From: Octopus vulgaris
Taxonomy: Eukaryota
Length of the DNA stretch: 64,000 nucleotides
Direction: 5' to 3'
Assembly (NCBI GenBank): GCA_951406725.2
Contig: OX597839.1
Location: forward strand, 40,176,001-40,240,000
The notes under the pieces were generated by a model. The model made no database searches. It worked only from the letters and a program-made list of their open reading frames with translations, and was not told where the DNA came from. Shown piece by piece: positions 13,684 to 30,770 of the stretch. Position numbers and translations under genes: made by a program. Numbering within the stretch: position 1 is the first letter of the stretch; each line of letters starts with the position of its first letter.

Positions 13684-13756
13684 CGCCGAAACTCGGGATC
13701 GAACCAGGGACCTTTAGATATTCAGTCTAACGCTCTCCCAACTGAGCTATTTCGGG
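13684..13756 (-). tRNA. tRNA-Phe: tRNA-Phe(GAA), probably a pseudogene or variant
   Basis: Minus strand CCCGAAATAGCTCAGTTGGGAGAGCGTTAGACTGAATATCTAAAGGTCCCTGGTTCGATCCCGAGTTTCGGCG (73 nt) matches metazoan tRNA-Phe except G1C, G37T, G64A, A73G; T-runs follow downstream. Confidence 0.9.
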
Positions 13757-13990
13757 ATGGCCGTCATCCAGCTATACACATAAAGATATGTAGGTAGATT
13801 GCTACGGATATATATCAGATGGATGCGTGTATGTGTGTACGTGCATTTGAGTATGTGTATGTGTGTGTATATGAGTGTCGATGGATGTGAATGCGTTTCA
13901 GAGCAGAATGTGTATAAATAAATAACACACATATATGTAAACATAGACATACTAAACGTGTATACATACGTATGTGTGTGTATGTATGTA

Positions 13991-14059
<69 letters not shown>

Positions 14060-14452
14060 CATATATATATATATATATATACATATATATACATACATAT
14101 ACATACATATATATATATATGTGTATGTTTCCGGGTTTCTGTGTCTGTATGTGTATGTGTGTTTGTGTGTATTTGTATGCCATTATGTTTCATAAATATT
14201 GTTGGTCACGTAATTTGAAATTAATTCGTGAATTAATATTTATATTCAAATTTCAATGAACAGCATTGTGAATGCCTTTTTGATCTTGCCCGCTTTTCTG
14301 TATGTATATTATATATATATATATTTATATATGCGCATATACATACATATCCAACCATCCAAATACACGCGTGCGCGCACACACACACGCCCCCAAACAT
14401 ACCACACATGCACACACACAACACACGCCCACACGCATACCGCACACCCAGC

Positions 14453-14511
<59 letters not shown>

Positions 14512-14594
14512 GAGTAAGCTTATATATTCAAATGTATATATATTTATATCTATATCTATATGTATAAATATATATTTATATACTTATATATCAA

Positions 14595-14657
<63 letters not shown>

Positions 14658-14662
14658 ATCTA

Positions 14663-14713
<51 letters not shown>

Positions 14714-15212
14714 TATATATACATACATATATACATATATGTGTATGTCTTAACACCAGAAAAGAGACACTAAGGAGAGAGAGAGGGGGGAAGGCGGGAG
14801 AATGGCGGGAGAATGGCAGCGGGACAGGAAGAGAAAGAGAGAGGAAGAGAGATAGTGAGAAGCGATGAGAAAGAAGGAGTGGTAAGTAAAGAGACAGAAA
14901 GGGAGAGCTTTATTCCATTGTACGCCATTTTTTGTATGTGTATTAACCTTTGATAGAGTTTCCTTTCACTTTAATATTTGTATACTTAATGTTGATATAT
15001 TTCCCCATACGGGTTTTGTATTAGTGCGTATGTGCATTGTATGTATGTATGTCGGCCGGTAGGTATGTAGGTATATTTGTCTACATCATGCTCTAAGCAT
15101 CTACAATAACTGAAGGATGTGTAGTTTGAAGCTGGAAGAATTATCAGACTGTGATCGGCGCAATGGCATCAAAGCATTGGATCTTAGATCGCTGTAAATT
15201 CTCATACGTATG

Positions 15213-15823
15213 CAGTAATCCCTCGACTATCGCGGGTGTTGCATTCGAAAACCACCGCGGTAGGTGAAAATCCGCGAAGTAGAAACTTTACTGTAATACT
15301 CTTTTACTCTTTTACTCTTTTACTTGTTTCAGTCATTTGACTGCGGCCATGCTGGAGCACCGCCGGGACTTATTCTTTGTAAGCCCAGTACTTATTCTAT
15401 CGGTCTCTTTTGCCGAACCGCTAGGTGACGGGGACATAAACACACCTGCATCGGTTGTCAAGCAATGCTAGGGGGACAAAACACAGACACACAAAGACAT
15501 ATATATACATACATACGACGGGCTTCTTTCAGTTTCCGTCTACCAAATCCACTCACAAGGCATTGGTCGGCCCGAGGCTATAGTAGAAGACACTTGCCCA
15601 AGATGCCACGCAGTGGGACTGAACCCGGAACCATGTGGTTGGTTAGTAAGCTAATTACCACACAGCCACTCCTGCACCTAATGTATATATTTTAAAAATT
15701 ATTTCTATAACTTGGATATGTTTATTTTATTATAAAAACAAAACAACACCATCACGGAGGAATCGCCGTAAGCTAAAATAAGAAACCGCGATAAGTGAAC
15801 CGCGATAGGGCGAGGAATTACTG
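15213..15823. mobile_element. Tigger/pogo-like MITE interrupted by a SINE
   Basis: TIRs CAGTAATCCCTCGACTATCGCGG / CCGCGATAGGGCGAGGAATTACTG followed by TA. Confidence 0.8.
15298..15678 (-). mobile_element. SINE family B nested in the MITE
   Basis: Reverse complement of family B including (CTCTTTTA) tail repeats. Confidence 0.9.
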
Positions 15824-15866
15824 TATACATAAACATTTGTATGTATGCACAAACGCGCACACACTC

Positions 15867-16023
15867 AGGCGTGGCTATGTGGTAAGAAGCGTGCTTCTAA
15901 ACCGTATGATTCAGAGTTCAGTCCAATGCATGGAACTTTGGCCAAGTGCCTTCTGGTATAGCCTCGGGCCGACCAAAATCCTTTGTGAGGAGAGTTGATA
16001 GACGGAAAATGAAAGAAACCCGT

Positions 16024-16025
<2 letters not shown>
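15867..16025 (+). mobile_element. Diverged SINE family B 5' half
   Basis: ggcgtggctatgtggtaagaagc...tatagcctcgggccgaccaaa...gaaagaaacccgtcg then (TA)n. Confidence 0.75.
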
Positions 16026-16082
<57 letters not shown>

Positions 16083-16262
16083 CTATGTACAGAAAATGAA
16101 ATGAGACGATTTGGCACAGCTGTTTGGGCGCTGAAGATTTGGCACAGCTGACTAGACAGCCCTCACCCTTATTCGCGACAATTCTCTTCAGCGCTGCATT
16201 CAAAGACATTCGTGTTCGCAAGGGCAGATGGCTATACATATTCAGTTAAATTGAATGGGGGA

Positions 16263-16321
<59 letters not shown>

Positions 16322-16500
16322 AAGCAAGAGAAGCATTAGAGTTTATTAATTAAACATGATCGGCATAGATACTTATGCTCTCCTCATACACATGCACAAA
16401 TATGCACAAATACACATGGAGAAAGAGAAGGGTGGGAGAGAAAGAAACATTAAATATGTCTGATGTCAAATAAGCCAGCGTCGAATCAGCGACAGTATAT

Positions 16501-16725
16501 AAGGCGGCGAGCTGGCAGAAACGTTAGCACCCCGGGCGAAATACTTACCAGTATTCCGTCTGTCTTTACGTTCTGAGTTCAAATTCCGCCGAGGTCGACT
16601 TTGCCTTTCATCCTTTCGGAGTCGATTAAATAAGGACCAGTTACGCACTGGGGTCGATATAATCGACTTAATCCGTTTGTTTGTCCTCTCTATGTTTAGC
16701 CCCTTGTGGGTAGTAAAGAAATAAG
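16501..16725 (+). mobile_element. SINE family A, full length
   Basis: aaggcggcgagctggcagaaacgttagcac...gtaaagaaata. Confidence 0.92.
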
Positions 16726-17616
16726 TATTTAGGCGGAGCCGAAGCAGCTGTGCCATACTGTCTCACTCTCTAAAAAAAAAACGAAAAAAATGAACAGTCC
16801 TACGTATTCAATATCTCTTGAGTGAGACAGCTAAAAGCGATTTTGAGGGATATTTAGCTGCTATTTCTAGCACATAGAGTAACCATATATGAACTTTCTC
16901 GTTGATTCAAAAGTTCACCTATCGGCCTCTAGGCTCCCTCGCTTGAAACATTATGAATAATTTTTCCTTTCAGTTAGAGCCGCTGGCGTTGTAACCCACA
17001 TTTATTAAAGAACGGGAACAGCATAACAACCACTCTGTCTTGGCGGTCTTAAAATCGTTTAAGCATCTCAGTTCTACCGACAGAGTGGAAAATAAACTTC
17101 TTTCAGTCTTTCAACCGATTAAAGCAGTAGGAACCCAAGGTCAAATTTGGCACCACGAATCCTTGTGATTTCGCAGAATAAAAAAAAAATAATAAAAGAA
17201 ATATTAGAAGAGAAACAGTAATGAAAAACAGGATCTGATATGCTTTTGTGTTCGTTCGTCTATTTGAAGAAATATCTCCGCTATAGACAATCACAAAAAG
17301 AGAGAGACGAAATGTCGTCACCATAGGGTAGGGGTTAATCGTTTACAATGCATTTCTGCTAATCGAATCACAAAGGAAAGTCAGGCCATTGTTAATGTGA
17401 CTAAGCCGGAATATTGTAGAGCGTTTAATGTAAACTAGCTATCAAAACAAAATGGCGGCCCTCGAAACTAGATTTTCCGGCACCTTACGGCAAAGCAGAG
17501 AGTCGAAATTATTCCTGAGGCTCCTTCTTACTATAGTATAAAAACCGACGCTTTTTTATGTGTGTCTGTCTTTGTGTCTGTGTGTATAGAGACACACACA
17601 CATACACACACGCACT

Positions 17617-17676
<60 letters not shown>

Positions 17677-17784
17677 CATAAATACATACATACATACATA
17701 CATACATACATGCTTGCATGCATATCTATATATACATATACGTACAAAACATACATATGTACAAACACATACACACACACACAG

Positions 17785-17881
<97 letters not shown>

Positions 17882-18049
17882 TGTATATATATACAGATAC
17901 ATACAATATATGGGCACACACAGATATGTATTGTGTGTATATGTGTGTGAGCACAAATGTGTATGAATATGATGTGCATGGGAATATGTACGTGCATTTA
18001 CATATAAATATGATGCACACCCAAGCACCCCCTGACACAAACATATATA

Positions 18050-18300
18050 TTGGGTTGGTGTATAAATATTGCGGCTTTTTTCAACAAATTTTATTCAACA
18101 AAATCAATAACAAACATGTAAGAAAAAAATCTTTAAATGATTATTCCGGAGCATATTCACCATCTACTTCAATTACTGCTTCCCATTTGATTGGCAGACA
18201 GCCAGACCGTCATTTAAAGATGGTTTTGTTAAATATTGTTATTGTTTTTGTTGAATAAAATTTGTTGATAAAAAGCCGCAGTAGCTATGCACCAACCCAG
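18050..18300. mobile_element. mariner-like MITE
   Basis: TA-TTGGGTTGGTGTATAAATATTGCGGCTTTT / AAAAGCCGCAGTAGCTATGCACCAACCCAG-TA, with inverted complementarity extending ~65 bp. Confidence 0.85.
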
Positions 18301-18442
18301 TATAATATATAATACACACACACACACATATACGCACACACACACATGTATATACATAAGTGGAAATTGTTGCACAATATACCTACATAACGGTGAATAC
18401 AGATCGACACAGATGTATGCATACGTAGAAACATAAAACCTG

Positions 18443-18489
<47 letters not shown>

Positions 18490-18670
18490 AACTACCTATC
18501 TATCTACCTCTCTATCTCTCTGTCTGTCTGCCTCTCTGTCTATCTATCTATTTATCTACACATCTTTCAATTTCTTTACATACACAAGCATAAACGTGTG
18601 CATATGTACACACATAAACACACACATATATGCTTATATGTAAGTATTTGCGTATGTGTATGTGTACACG

Positions 18671-18803
<133 letters not shown>

Positions 18804-19223
18804 CTGTGTGTGTTATATATTAGGATTATGCACACACACACGGACACATTTGTGTTTAACTCGTATCGACCTACGCAATGATCGAATATAAATCAGCCTG
18901 TCTGGAATTTGAACCCGAAATGTAAAGACGAGCGAAATGAGATTAAGCACCCTCGCTATCACTTCCGCCACCACAACCACTACCACCACCACCATCGTCA
19001 GCATAACCACAACGACAACTCATCACCCCACCTCACTACCACCGCCTTCGCCGTCATCACCATCATCACCATCACAGCAACCATCAACACTAACCACCAC
19101 AGATGTTACTCACGAGAGTATCAAAGTTTGACATGATAAAAATCAACAGGACACACACATTCCAAGAAATCGTCCCCAAAAAGCGATGCAAAACAATCGT
19201 AAACAACTCGCAAAAGTCAATAA

Positions 19224-19590
<367 letters not shown>

Positions 19591-19729
19591 GAAGGAGGCG
19601 AGGAAGACAACAACGGAAATATCGTTAGATCAATTGATACCTCTAATAAATTTGAACGAGATCAGTTATTGAACCCCTGTGCGGCCTGATTTGATATTGT
19701 ATGGTGTACATATGTACATATGTATGCAA

Positions 19730-19767
<38 letters not shown>

Positions 19768-19874
19768 GCACATACATACACACATGTTAGTTTAACGAAC
19801 AGGAGACAAGTTGCTAGATATAATAACACGTTCGATATATATATATGTATACATATGTATACATACACACACAA

Positions 19875-19928
<54 letters not shown>

Positions 19929-20073
19929 GTATGTGTCTATGTATGTATGTATAGAGATTGGTAGGCAGATATAGACAAACACCAACATAAATTTATGCAT
20001 GTATACATTTAAATACACACACACATACATTTTTATAAAGAAATATGTATAAAATATGCGTGTAGGTATGTGT

Positions 20074-20117
<44 letters not shown>

Positions 20118-20734
20118 TCACACACTCACCCACACACACACTCTCACACACACATACACATATATAACGAAATGTAAAGAGTATTTTGTTAATGTTAATA
20201 TTTTTTGTTTCGCGAATCATTATTTTTTCTTATTCATGAAAAAGAAAAGTAAAACATCATAAATATTTCCTTAAGAAGTTCCATAAACGCAACATAAACG
20301 AACGTAAATATCTCCGTTTCACTAAAATAGCTCACTTTTTATCCCAGTCCCGCCATCATTCTTTTGATGTCATATGCACAGGTTAGCCATTAACGCTCTT
20401 CTTAACGACCACACCAACCGATAATGGGACATCGATGTGTGTCTCATTTTTTTCCATTTGTTTTCGCGTGTATTTATGTGTGCATTATTCTCTCTCCTCT
20501 GTGTGTCTGTGTCTGTATATGTCTGTATGTATAGTTAGAGGTTAACGGTTTTTAAATTCTAAAATATTGCTTAAATGGAAAATGGCGGTTACGTTCAGTA
20601 GTATGGCTATGGATCGCTTCTCATGGATTTCCGATTTTCCTTCATTTTATTTTTGCTATAAACGTTCAGACATATACACTTGCATGCATAAATACGTACA
20701 GACATACATACGTACATACACACGCAGGTGTCTG

Positions 20735-21220
<486 letters not shown>

Positions 21221-21349
21221 CTTTCCTCTTTCTTTCCTTTTACGATCCCTTTTGATCGAAAACCAACCCTTTTTTAAGCCTAAAAGAAAAGCTCTACCTT
21301 GTAATTTGTCCCGTCTGTGTGCAGCCTTGTGTGGCTAATAAAGAAACAT
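21221..21349 (+). mobile_element. 3' terminal fragment of the same Tx1/L1-like element within (TATC)n
   Basis: Close match to the reverse complement of 47796-47940 (aaagaaaagctctaccttgtaatttgt...gtgtggctaataaagaaacat). Confidence 0.85.
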
Positions 21350-21354
21350 ATCTA

Positions 21355-21403
<49 letters not shown>

Positions 21404-21487
21404 TTATCTGTCTGTTTGTCTGTCTATCTGTCTGTCTGTCTGTCGGTCTGTCTGTCCATCTCTCTCTCTTTATCTGTCTATGTATCA

Positions 21488-21649
<162 letters not shown>

Positions 21650-22061
21650 GTCTTTACTGTCCTGTTTTTGTTACCATTTTTACCCCTCCGCAAAAAAATC
21701 TCAAATGTTATTTAAGTTGCCTTTTCCGGGAAGAATGTTTCAACGAAGTCGTGTCTCGCCTTTACCTTCGTAACGCGGAGTAGATGAAGCAGAGCGACTG
21801 AAGAAGGGGAATTTTCCTTGTTTTGTATGACCTGTACCCTTTTTCGTTCCCTTAAGAAAAATGTTCATTTCCTTGGTTTTGCGTTTATGTTTTCGTTTCT
21901 CATTGTGTTCGACGTTTTTTTGTGTCCTGTGCCCATATATGCATGTATATATACATGTAGATGTAGGTACGTACATATATGTATGTATATATGCATATGT
22001 TTCATTTATTAATTTGTTATTATATATATATATATATATATATAGTATTTTTACGATGGCC

Positions 22062-22120
22062 GGATAACTGAAGAGATGGCGGAGTGGTTTCCACCTCGGC
22101 GTCCGAAACTCGGAGTATAC
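22062..22120 (+). ncRNA. Degenerate hammerhead-ribozyme-like motif between (TA)n tracts
   Basis: CTGAAGA, long imperfect stem II, GAAA-CTC-G-GAG-TA; stem I poor. Confidence 0.4.
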
Positions 22121-22347
22121 ATATATATATATGCAATTGCAGATTGGAAGGTGAAAAAAAAAAAATTACGTGTAGTACGGAATTTTGTCAGTGAACAGGT
22201 CGAGGTCTCAAAGCGACGAATATATTTTGACAGAATTTTAATTTAAATGTTGAAGTGAATCAAAAAATCTTCAACGCTGCAGTTGTTTACGTTCCAGCAC
22301 TCAATCTCAGATCCGGTCACTTTCTATGCTAGTACATCTCCGTAATA

Positions 22348-22378
<31 letters not shown>

Positions 22379-22572
22379 TTATACACACATGCGGAAATCG
22401 ATACACAGATACGTAGTAAAATGGAAATACGAAGGTCACATTGATAATCTAGAGAAAAATATTGAGCCTAAGAAATTATTTTCTACTCCTATCTTGATAT
22501 CGTATCAAATTAACTGACAGTGGGATTTATAGATTAATATATTTATATATATGAAACACACATATATACAAT

Positions 22573-22618
<46 letters not shown>

Positions 22619-22737
22619 GATTACATCTACTGGTAATATATCAGTATATATATATATATTTATTTGTATATATATATATATATATGATATATATATATAT
22701 AGGTAGATATAAATGGTGATGTATATATATATATATG

Positions 22738-22777
<40 letters not shown>

Positions 22778-22813
22778 TAGATATAAATGGTGATGTATAT
22801 ATATATATGTAAA

Positions 22814-22857
<44 letters not shown>

Positions 22858-22908
22858 GTGTGTATATATGTGTATATATGCATATATATAAATATACATA
22901 TATATATG

Positions 22909-22949
<41 letters not shown>

Positions 22950-23604
22950 ATACGAAGATACATATTTATACATATGTAGATTATAAACACAACACATACC
23001 CCTACATACACACAGACACGCACGTACATATCCATGCACACACATACATATATGTCCACAGAAGTTTTTAGTATTATAGGGAAAAGTAATGTTGATCCTG
23101 CGCACACAGCCCATCGTATTAGCCATTGTGATAACGATAGCGCTAGCAATATCGTGATGTATTGTACTTTAATTCAATTTCTGTCATATTTTATTTTGAT
23201 ACTTCCATCTTGTTCTATCTTCCAAGTCCACCATTTCAATTATCGATCAAGCTATTAACATGTCGTTCCTTTACATTCAATCTAACACGTTACCAAGGAA
23301 AGTAACACGCAACAGAACATACAGAAAGCAGGCACACACACACACACGCACACACACTTGCACACACACACACACACATGCACCCACACTCACATGTATG
23401 TGTTTATGTGTATACATATCAACATCTATGTAAGTACGTATGTATGTACGTATCTATATCTATCTATTAATATTATTTATATAGATAGATATATAAATAG
23501 ATAAACCGAGAGAGAGAGAGAGAGAGAGATTTAGATAGATAGATAGATAGACAGATATAGATAGACAGATAGATAAATCGATAGATAAATAGATAGATAA
23601 TTAG

Positions 23605-23742
<138 letters not shown>

Positions 23743-23824
23743 ATAGATAGATTGATAGATAGACAGATAGATAGATAAACAGATAGACTGATATATATAT
23801 ATACATGTATGCACAGAGAGAGAG

Positions 23825-23918
<94 letters not shown>

Positions 23919-24407
23919 GGAACTCTAACATTCTCGTGTATAGTATATGCATATAGAAATACAGGCATATATACTCCCCTATATTTGGAATGTATTTGAG
24001 TATATTTGAGTGTGCGTGTCTGTGTGTGCATGTGAGTTTGTGTGAATTTGTCGTGGATTTTTATGAGTGAAAGTATAAAGATATTATCTATATGAATCTC
24101 TCCCCCTCCACTATACAGCTGTGGACCCACACCTATACAGCCACACACAGCCACACACAACCACACACACAACACATACTTACACACAACATATATGAAT
24201 ATATACACTGTGTATGATATATAACTACGCAAAGAAGCACTCCTATATGTATATACGTAGACATCCATTAATCCATTCCTGCATATAGAAATATATATAT
24301 ATATATATACACACATATATGCATATAAATATAAGCATGCAAACACACACACATTAATATATATATAATCATGCAAACACACACACAACCCCCCCAATAT
24401 ATATATA

Positions 24408-24446
<39 letters not shown>

Positions 24447-25849
24447 CAAGACATACATGCATATATATGTCCGAATGTATCTATGTATATACACATGTAT
24501 GTCCATTCATTAGAGGCTGTAATAAACACTATCTGCTTATAGAGAAAACAGCATTGGATATAAACTTTTATGCGTAAATATATAATGGAAACACGGACGT
24601 CCGTCAAGGTGTACTTCTATGTCCACTATTTATTACAATAAATTATCTGCTTCTAGAGTGTTATGAGATTTTTCTAGTTCTTCCAATAACGAACAAATTG
24701 GATTGGTTTTTATCTTTTTCCTTTCATTCTGGAATATGGAATATTCTTCCGTCGTTGATTGATTTAATAGTTACGGAAAAAATATAACCAAATTCTTTGA
24801 TACATAGGGATGTACGTATGTATACACACACACACAAACACACCATGCACACACACACACATACACACACATATATATACATATACATATGTGTACACAT
24901 AAGGATATACGTACGAGTATATTTGTGTATGGGTTAATACATATATGCATGTATACATACAAACTCATACACACACACACATAGATAGATATGTATATTT
25001 GCGTACACACATGTTTATACGGATGCATATATATAGGTATGCATATGTATATGTGCATATGTGCTTATGAATGTATGATTGTATGTATATATATATATAT
25101 ATAGATATATATGTATATATAGTTATCAATGCTTTTATACATTTATGCATACAGACACACACACACACATGCATATATTTATATACTTAATCAAAAATGT
25201 GCTCGTCTGTGCTTGTTTGTATGTATAAATCTATGTGTGTATATCTGTATGTAATTTGCCAAGTTTTTGCTCTGTCCTTCTTTATTATACATGTAATACA
25301 AACCAGTAAGCGAGTAGCTTTCTCTGGATCAGGTTATGGCGACAGACTGCTATATGATGCCCGTACGTGTCTGGCGTATGAGTATATATGTATATATGTA
25401 TATATGTATGTATGTGTTTGTGTATGTGTGTATGTGCGCCGATGTGTGTGTGTGTCCAGAAAATGAAGCCCAAGTCCACACCTTCCCATATGCTACCGAG
25501 TAATATGATATTTGAAATCAAACCAGTATGGATCACAACTACTCCAGTTTTGCTTAATAAACTGTCTCGCGATAGCCAATACCCTGTTGTTGAACTCAAT
25601 AGATAGACAGGCAAAATGGCCGTTAGAGGCTAATCAGATCCTCAGTTACATAGATTATACCATCATCGTGGTAATGTAGAAGACGATAGTAAAACACATT
25701 TGAGGTTATCGTTTGGCTGAAGCAGATTCTCGTAAAAGAGATCAGCGCTCAGTGAATCTTCTGAGCGAGAAAGCAAAATGCTATTCAAAAGATATCCAAA
25801 CGATGTGGATGAGCTGGTTTCGTGAGCCTGCTTGATGGGACTAGGGCCA

Positions 25850-26110
25850 TTCCAAATTAGTTGACCTTGCGGAGTCAACATGCCTAGAACCGACCAAGTT
25901 CACCACTGCTCTCCATTGTTGCTGGTCCTGTGCCAGTCCTTTTGCATCTTCGAAGGGGACGTCGAGCCTCTGGAGATCTTCTCTTGAGGCTCAACGTCCA
26001 GCAGTCTGGTGCGGAGCCTGCCAAGCAATATGATATGAATAAAATTGTCGGGTTGGGTTGGTTTGTATACAGGCAATGGGGATCCTCTTGCATCTTTGGT
26101 CCTCCTCGAA
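25850..26110 (-). mobile_element. Degraded RTE-clade LINE C-terminal fragment
   Basis: Minus-strand translation across a frameshift: GRLRTRLLDV / EDLQRLDVPFEDAKGLAQDQQQWRAVV, resembling the RTE GRP..RW.D...DL...LA.DR..WR end. Confidence 0.6.
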
Positions 26111-26129
26111 GTGGATAACATAAAGACAA

Positions 26130-26252
26130 TGTATGTGTCCTTCGTGTTCCTTTCTGTCGAAGAGCGTAGGCTCGAAACGTAAAAGACTTACTCACACTGC
26201 CGAGCGTCAAACTAATACAACTGTTTGTTGTTTATATACCTGTCTTCGTCTG
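26130..26252 (+). mobile_element. Penelope pLTR-like element ending in (TA)n, with a hammerhead-like motif at 26150-26185
   Basis: CTTT-CTGTCGA-A-GAGC(GTAG)GCTC-GAAA-CG-TA-AAAG; downstream similar to 51730-51810. Confidence 0.6.
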
Positions 26253-26296
<44 letters not shown>

Positions 26297-26388
26297 TGTT
26301 TGTGTGTGTGTGTGGGTGTGTATGATGGTGTATGTGTGACGTAATGACACAATTAGACCTTTGAGGCATTTGTGCATCTATGAATATA

Positions 26389-26420
<32 letters not shown>

Positions 26421-26530
26421 AACAATAAGCATACATAGGTTTCTGCTAGAAAGAAACGAATAAATAAATTGATTGTGAGGCATGTAGCCACTGATAGATA
26501 GTTACATGAATAGAGAATATATAATACAAT

Positions 26531-26566
<36 letters not shown>

Positions 26567-27723
26567 CATGTGTGTGTGTGTATGTATATGTGTTCCTGTA
26601 TTGTGTGCATCTGTTGTGTGTGTGTGTGTGTGTGTTTGTGTATGTTGTGGTTGTCTATGGACCACACGTGTATGTATGTGTGGTTAGATAGATCGAATGT
26701 TTTTGTTGATACATTCGAAGATAAATAGTTAAGTAGATTTGCGTTAATATATATTTATGATTTGGAACAGTATTAGTAAGCTAATTGGAAATAATTACGA
26801 GTCGAGATAGATACACAAATAAAAGAGATAAGATGAGTCTGTGAATATCGATGAGTGCGTTTAATATTGATAAGTGTGTGAATATCGACGAGCGGGTGTT
26901 ATATAATATATATATATGTATATTTAAAGCAGGCAAATTTAAAATTATGATAAGAAATATCTATTTTGTGAGAGATATAGGAGACAAAGAGATTGGTTAA
27001 GCTAGTATACTTAGCGTCGAGAAGTGTTAAGATACTAACAAGTAAGAGATATCAAGACGAAATATATGTGTTTGTGTGGGAGGGGTATGTGTGTGTGAGT
27101 TTGTGTGCGTGTGTATGTATGTGGAAGGCGTCTCGTTGTTGCATTCGTGCAAGATGTCACTGACAACGATATACAGAGTAACGGTGATTTTTTGAGAGAC
27201 TGAAGAAGCGCAGTACGTTGAAATAATTTGATTTGTCAATTCCAGCGAACATATCAGCCGATTTTCGTCTGCTACGATACATGTCTTTGCTTTATGCACC
27301 ATAATTCTGTATGATAAAAGATGGGATTCTAGAGTCAATGACTAATATCACAAAATGCTGAGTGAATAACGTGTCAACAGATTTCGAAGACAAAGATTAA
27401 CCAGGTCAGTAACGGGAAACTACTGGTTTCACCGGCAATTGTAGCGGGTGCAGATGTGACATTCAACTATCGGAAGAGCAATACGACTTACTGCTCCGGA
27501 AGCATCGCCTGCACGGATGTGATATATGCATCAAAACAATTTGGTTCAAACTTCTTGGTACTCTGAGTTTCAAGCGTGTCACAAGTCTTGGGCCTTTGAG
27601 TCAGACTCAAATGCGGAAGACTAGCGTCACATTTGAATCTTTGAATTTGAAACAAGCTGTTTTGGTCCATACGTGTAACTCCCAATAAATTTGTTCAATG
27701 CCCTCCTTTCGTTTGTCTACTCA

Positions 27724-27759
<36 letters not shown>

Positions 27760-27763
<4 letters not shown>

Positions 27764-28001
27764 TCTCGCGTGCGCGTAATATCGATCGCAACGGGTGATG
27801 TACTTGCGCGTACAAATACACGTTCTCATGGCTTTATCGATCGCATTCTCACCTGGAATTGATTCTTGCAATTTTTTCAAGACTTATACACGCCCTGATA
27901 CCGTCGGTATCCACATATCAAATTTAAGCGCAACCGGATGGAGGATGCCCGAGATCCTAGAAGACACACACAGACAGACAGAACGGATTTTATATAATAG
28001 A
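27760..28001 (-). mobile_element. Non-autonomous Helitron-like element, 5' part (truncated at (TA)n)
   Basis: Reverse complement begins A|TCTATTATATAAAATCCGTTCTGTCTGTCTG and is homologous to 32334-32520. Confidence 0.75.
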
Positions 28002-28132
28002 TTTGTTATTATATATAAACGTGACTTATTCTATAGAAAATTGTAACCTGGATTGGTGTATATGGAAACTTTAGCCACGGCACCAACATACAAACCCCGT
28101 AACTAAATCACCAACACCACCACCACCACCAC

Positions 28133-28164
<32 letters not shown>

Positions 28165-28399
28165 GCTACTACTGCTGCTACTGCTGCTACTGCTGCTGCT
28201 GCGACTCCTGCTGCTGTTGCTGTCACACTAATAATCTTTTGTGTAAGGAAACTACCTCAATTCCCAAGTTGTGATTAAAATGAAAAGGGACCAAGCAGAA
28301 AGGGAAAACCGCTGCAGGAATAATCTCCTTGCCTTAAGTAGTATTAAAATTTTCCCCTCTTCAATGATAGTGTTATCATTATTGCTTTTGTTGTTGTTA

Positions 28400-30770
<2,371 letters not shown>

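Noticed and set aside
21797-21825. CTGAAGA plus hairpin as a hammerhead
   Set aside because: No GAAA or stem III follows
22690-22812. Duplicated ggtagatataaatggtgatg unit (similar case at 39718-39810)
   Set aside because: Ordinary slippage or unequal exchange between (TA)n tracts, or an assembly artefact
27196-27240. CTGAAGA...GAAA hammerhead-like spacing
   Set aside because: Stems I and III do not pair convincingly; not in element context
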